DNA of 64,000 bases, from the sequence record PP400784; one strand, given 5' to 3'. Shown here piece after piece: positions 63,674-64,000 of this stretch. Origin of the DNA: Escherichia phage FL38. The notes beneath the pieces are model-generated. The model did no database searches. It was not told the origin of the DNA and worked only from the letters and a program-made list of their open reading frames with translations. Numbering within the stretch: position 1 is the stretch's first letter; every line of letters begins with the position of its first letter. The position numbers and the translations under genes were made by a program.

Positions 63674-64000
63674 TTGTAACCCTCCTCTGAAAGCACATCC
63701 CAGATCGTTGAGTCAAGGTGCATTAAATTCCACATAATAGAGTCATAACTACCGAAGCCAGAAGTAAAAATTACATCACACTGGCGATAGGTCTTATGAA
63801 AATCGGTGGCTGTCTCTGCATCAATAGGCATATCGTCACCGGAAAGCACCAGACATTTAAGAATCATAACTCTGTTAGCCGTTGGCGCTTGCTTAGTCTT
63901 TTCAGCATATTTTTCGATGATCCGTTTTGCCTTTTCTTCTTTGATACGTCCAGACCAAATCCGGTTTCGGTATTGATTCATAATAATTTCAATCACATCA
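63670..64000 (-). CDS. hypothetical protein; 5' end may lie beyond the window edge
   Basis: The track start is a GTG 4 nt from the window end and the frame is still open there; an in-frame ATG lies at about 63981. Confidence 0.3.
   Translation of the reverse strand, partial: DVIEIIMNQYRNRIWSGRIKEEKAKRIIEKYAEKTKQAPTANRVMILKCLVLSGDDMPIDAETATDFHKTYRQCDVIFTSGFGSYDSIMWNLMHLDSTIWDVLSEEGYK

Overview
This window is a segment of a T4-like (T-even type) myovirus genome. On the + strand at the left end are the late long-tail-fiber genes (gene 34 C-terminal part, 35, 36, 37) followed by a 79-aa ORF and holin t. Everything from about 8.3 kb to the right end is a densely packed minus-strand early/middle region in T4-like order: gp52, rIIB, rIIA, gp39 (39+60 fused), dexA, dda, a ModA/ModB-like ADP-ribosyltransferase, gp56 dCTPase, gp61 primase, gp41 helicase, uvsX, gp43 DNA polymerase, regA, gp62/gp44 clamp loader, gp45 clamp, gp46/gp47, gp55, an NrdH-like glutaredoxin, nrdG, nrdD, gp49 endonuclease VII, nrdC and dam, interspersed with about 60 small ORFs of unknown function. 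About 20 sigma70-type early promoters (TTGACA-N16/17-TATAAT-like) sit in conserved promoter/stem-loop/RBS cassettes that resemble the PeSL elements described for RB49-type phages. The most unusual observations are: a gp38-type glycine-rich adhesin gene stranded about 54 kb from gene 37 inside the early region; a gene 37 that ends in an intramolecular-chaperone-like domain with no gene 38 beside it; two tandem arrays of a paralogous gene family flanking nrdG/nrdD; an unassigned 489-aa P-loop NTPase next to gene 55; and a secreted LprI/DUF1311-like protein. No glucosyltransferase or gene 42 is present at the T4 syntenic positions. No rRNA, tRNA, CRISPR array, intron or transposon was recognised. 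All homology calls rest on motifs and on remembered T4 protein sequences, not on database searches. Coordinates of promoters, terminators and sub-60-aa ORFs were read by hand and may be off by 1-2 nt. The ORF track uses GTG/TTG as well as ATG starts, so starts were moved to the first in-frame ATG with a Shine-Dalgarno where that was checked.
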